A DNA stretch of 64,000 bases from contig NC_057749.1 in the NCBI RefSeq assembly GCF_004010195.1, forward strand, positions 23,418,999 to 23,482,998, written 5' to 3'. The notes under the pieces were generated by a model. The model was given only the letters and a program-made list of their open reading frames with translations. It was not told the DNA's origin and searched no databases. A program made the translations under genes and the position numbers. Shown piece after piece: positions 61,700 through 64,000 of this stretch (its first letter is position 1; each line of letters opens with the position of its first letter). This stretch comes from Chiloscyllium plagiosum. Lineage: Eukaryota.

Positions 61700-63330
61700 A
61701 AGACAGCAGGAAGAAGGTCAAATTGTGATTTGAGCACCCAAAGTACTGAAAATTAAAATATTTCACAGATTTAAACTAAGTGCAAGAAATAAGGAACATG
61801 TGAGTAGAGTATTAAGCCAGAAGGGGAGTGTGTGCTGCATCGTTTCATTGAGAGTTCTTTAGAAAAACATACAGGAATATGACAATCAACTTCAATGAAT
61901 GCAAGATGCAGTCAAGGTGAATTCTGACACAAATTCAACTTGAGCATAGATGGTAATCATTAAAAACTCATGGCTACAAGACAGTCAAAAATGGAAACTA
62001 AATATTCTAAGTTCAAAAATATTCTAAGTACATGAAAGACAGAAAAATGATAGAGGGGAGGAGTACTCTTCCAGCTCAAGGATGAAGTAGTTTTAGTGGG
62101 AAGAGAGGATATAATGATGAGAGGTAAAACAGATCCTGGAAACTTTATGGGTAGAACTGCAAAATAGAAAAACACTTAAAGATTATGGTGAAATTTACAT
62201 TGAATCCTAATAGTAACTGTGAAGTAGCAAACTGTACAACATGCAAAATCTGGATAATCATTTACCAAAAGTAAAATAGATTTAATGAGTTTGCCTGGAA
62301 TTGCAATATTCCCTCAATGAAAAAGGAAGCAGGCCAGATTAAATTAATAACTAGTAACAAACTAGACTTTGTTAACAATCTAATGGTGGGTGAACCTTTC
62401 TCATAGTGTTCATAATATGACTAAGTTCATATTTGTGCTCAATAAGTGAAAAGCATAAGACAGTGACTAAGATTCTAGACCGAGTGGTGTTACCTTCAAC
62501 CAGATTAAGATAGAGATAATCCACAGTAATCTGAGCAAATTTATCAGAAGATGATCAGTGGAGCATGTTTGTAAAGAAACACGGATACAAAACAAGCTCA
62601 TGCTGCTAAAATGTTGAAGGTCTACTCGACAAAATTATCCATGGATAATTAAGGGGTAACAGAGAAATAAAGTTAAAATGCATAAAAATATAGACTTGTG
62701 GTGTGCGTGTGTATATTATATACATATATCTTGATGAATGAGCAATTTAGAAAGAATACTGGTGGGTTAAAAAAAAAATCTAAGATCGACATGAAAGAAT
62801 GAAAAGTGCACAGGATATATTAAAAAAAACATGCAAACAGACTTCAATGTTTGGCAATTTTTTTTTTAAACCGTCCAAAGTGGATGACCTCCCAAGGTAA
62901 TGACTAAATGGTGAAAACCCACAAACAATTGACGTCTCAGGAGACTTGAGGACCCAAATACATATATAATGAAAATGTATCGTAAAATTAACATAGGCAA
63001 TGGAATACTAATCTTTATACTGGAATGCAAGGCAGTAGAAATCATGTTTCAGCAGTCAAAGCTCTCGTTAGATCACGTCAGGAGAACAGTGAACACTTCT
63101 ATACACCACACCTTTGGAGAATGTAATGGCCTTGGAAGAAGTGCAGTTTGGATTTAACAGACTAATATCTGGACCTCATGAGTTAGAAGAAAAGCAGTTA
63201 TTTATTGAAATGTAGAAGGTGAAGAGGTGATCTGAAGCTATTAAAGGAACAGATAGAATACAGATAAACCATTTTCTCTGGTTAGAGAATCTAGGACTAG
63301 GGCACAGAGTCCAAAAGATGAGAGGCAGAC
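61700..63330 (+). mobile_element. Highly decayed CR1 ORF2 remnants
   Basis: Scattered endonuclease-like and RT-end-like words; no intact frame. Confidence 0.5.
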
Positions 63331-63514
63331 GTTTCTTGAATGAAATTCCATGCTGATCTGGTTAGGAAAGCAGCTGAGTAGCAAAGAGAAAAAAAAAATA
63401 CGATGACAGATATTCTAATTGGCAGAACTGACGTGTGGCACCTGCCAAGCATCGGTGATGGCTCAAACTATTCATTGCATTAAACTGCAGTTCTATGAAA
63501 ACATCATAACAGGC

Positions 63515-64000
63515 CATAAGATGGAGGAGCAGAAGTAGGTCATTCAGCCCAAGTCCACTCCCCCACTTAATGAGATCATGGCTGATCTGATAATCTTCAA
63601 ATTCACTTTCCTGCCTTTATCCCCATAATCTTTGATTCCCTTACTAATTGAATATCTCAGCCTTGAACACGCTTAATTAAATCAACCTTTCCAGCCCTCT
63701 ACAGTAAATAATTTCGCAGGTTTATTTCCCTCAGAGAACAGATTTTTCATCTCAGTCTTAAATGGGTGACTCTCTGCAAGGGAAAATGCATCTGCTAGTC
63801 AAACTCACAAAGAATCTTGTGTGTTTGAGTAAGGTCTCCTCTCAGTTCCTGACCCTAATGAAGGCAAGCCCAACATACTCAACCTCTCCCCATAAGAGGA
63901 TCCCTTCATAACTGCGATAAACCCAGTGAACCTTCTCTGGATTGCCCCCAACATCAGATAAAGGGGTCAAAACTGCTCACAGTATTTTAGTTGTATTTTG
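63515..64000 (-). mobile_element. Older CR1 3' end
   Basis: aggagcagaagtaggtcattcagccc..gagatcatggctgatctga tail, antisense. Confidence 0.8.

Noticed and set aside
59419..64000. Next upstream VPS13C exon (WS..FSLDTVG-like)
   Set aside because: Not found; the region reads as repeats, so the exon is probably right of the window

Overview
Vertebrate genomic DNA, inferred to be a cartilaginous fish (shark) from its HE1-type V-SINEs, CR1 LINEs and DeuSINE relics. The window lies inside a minus-strand VPS13C gene. I reconstructed 22 consecutive GT-AG coding exons by hand (59418 down to 1796; 2613 nt, 871 codons, every splice phase compatible). They encode the last VAB repeat, the WWE-like segment, the ATG2_C helices and most of the PH domain. 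I did not find the upstream exons or the last exon, which probably lie outside the window. Three things stand out. (1) The intron before the PH-domain exons holds two candidate alternative last exons, QDME* and a 31-aa tail, each with a phase-matched acceptor and its own AATAAA. (2) Three families of short Penelope-type inserts carry minimal hammerhead-ribozyme cores, are often head-to-head palindromes and have 12-16 bp target-site duplications. (3) One of these families is physically attached to a decayed Penelope RT/GIY-YIG ORF. Family names and orthologue comparisons come from recall, not from database searches. Repeat boundaries are approximate unless a TSD is given.
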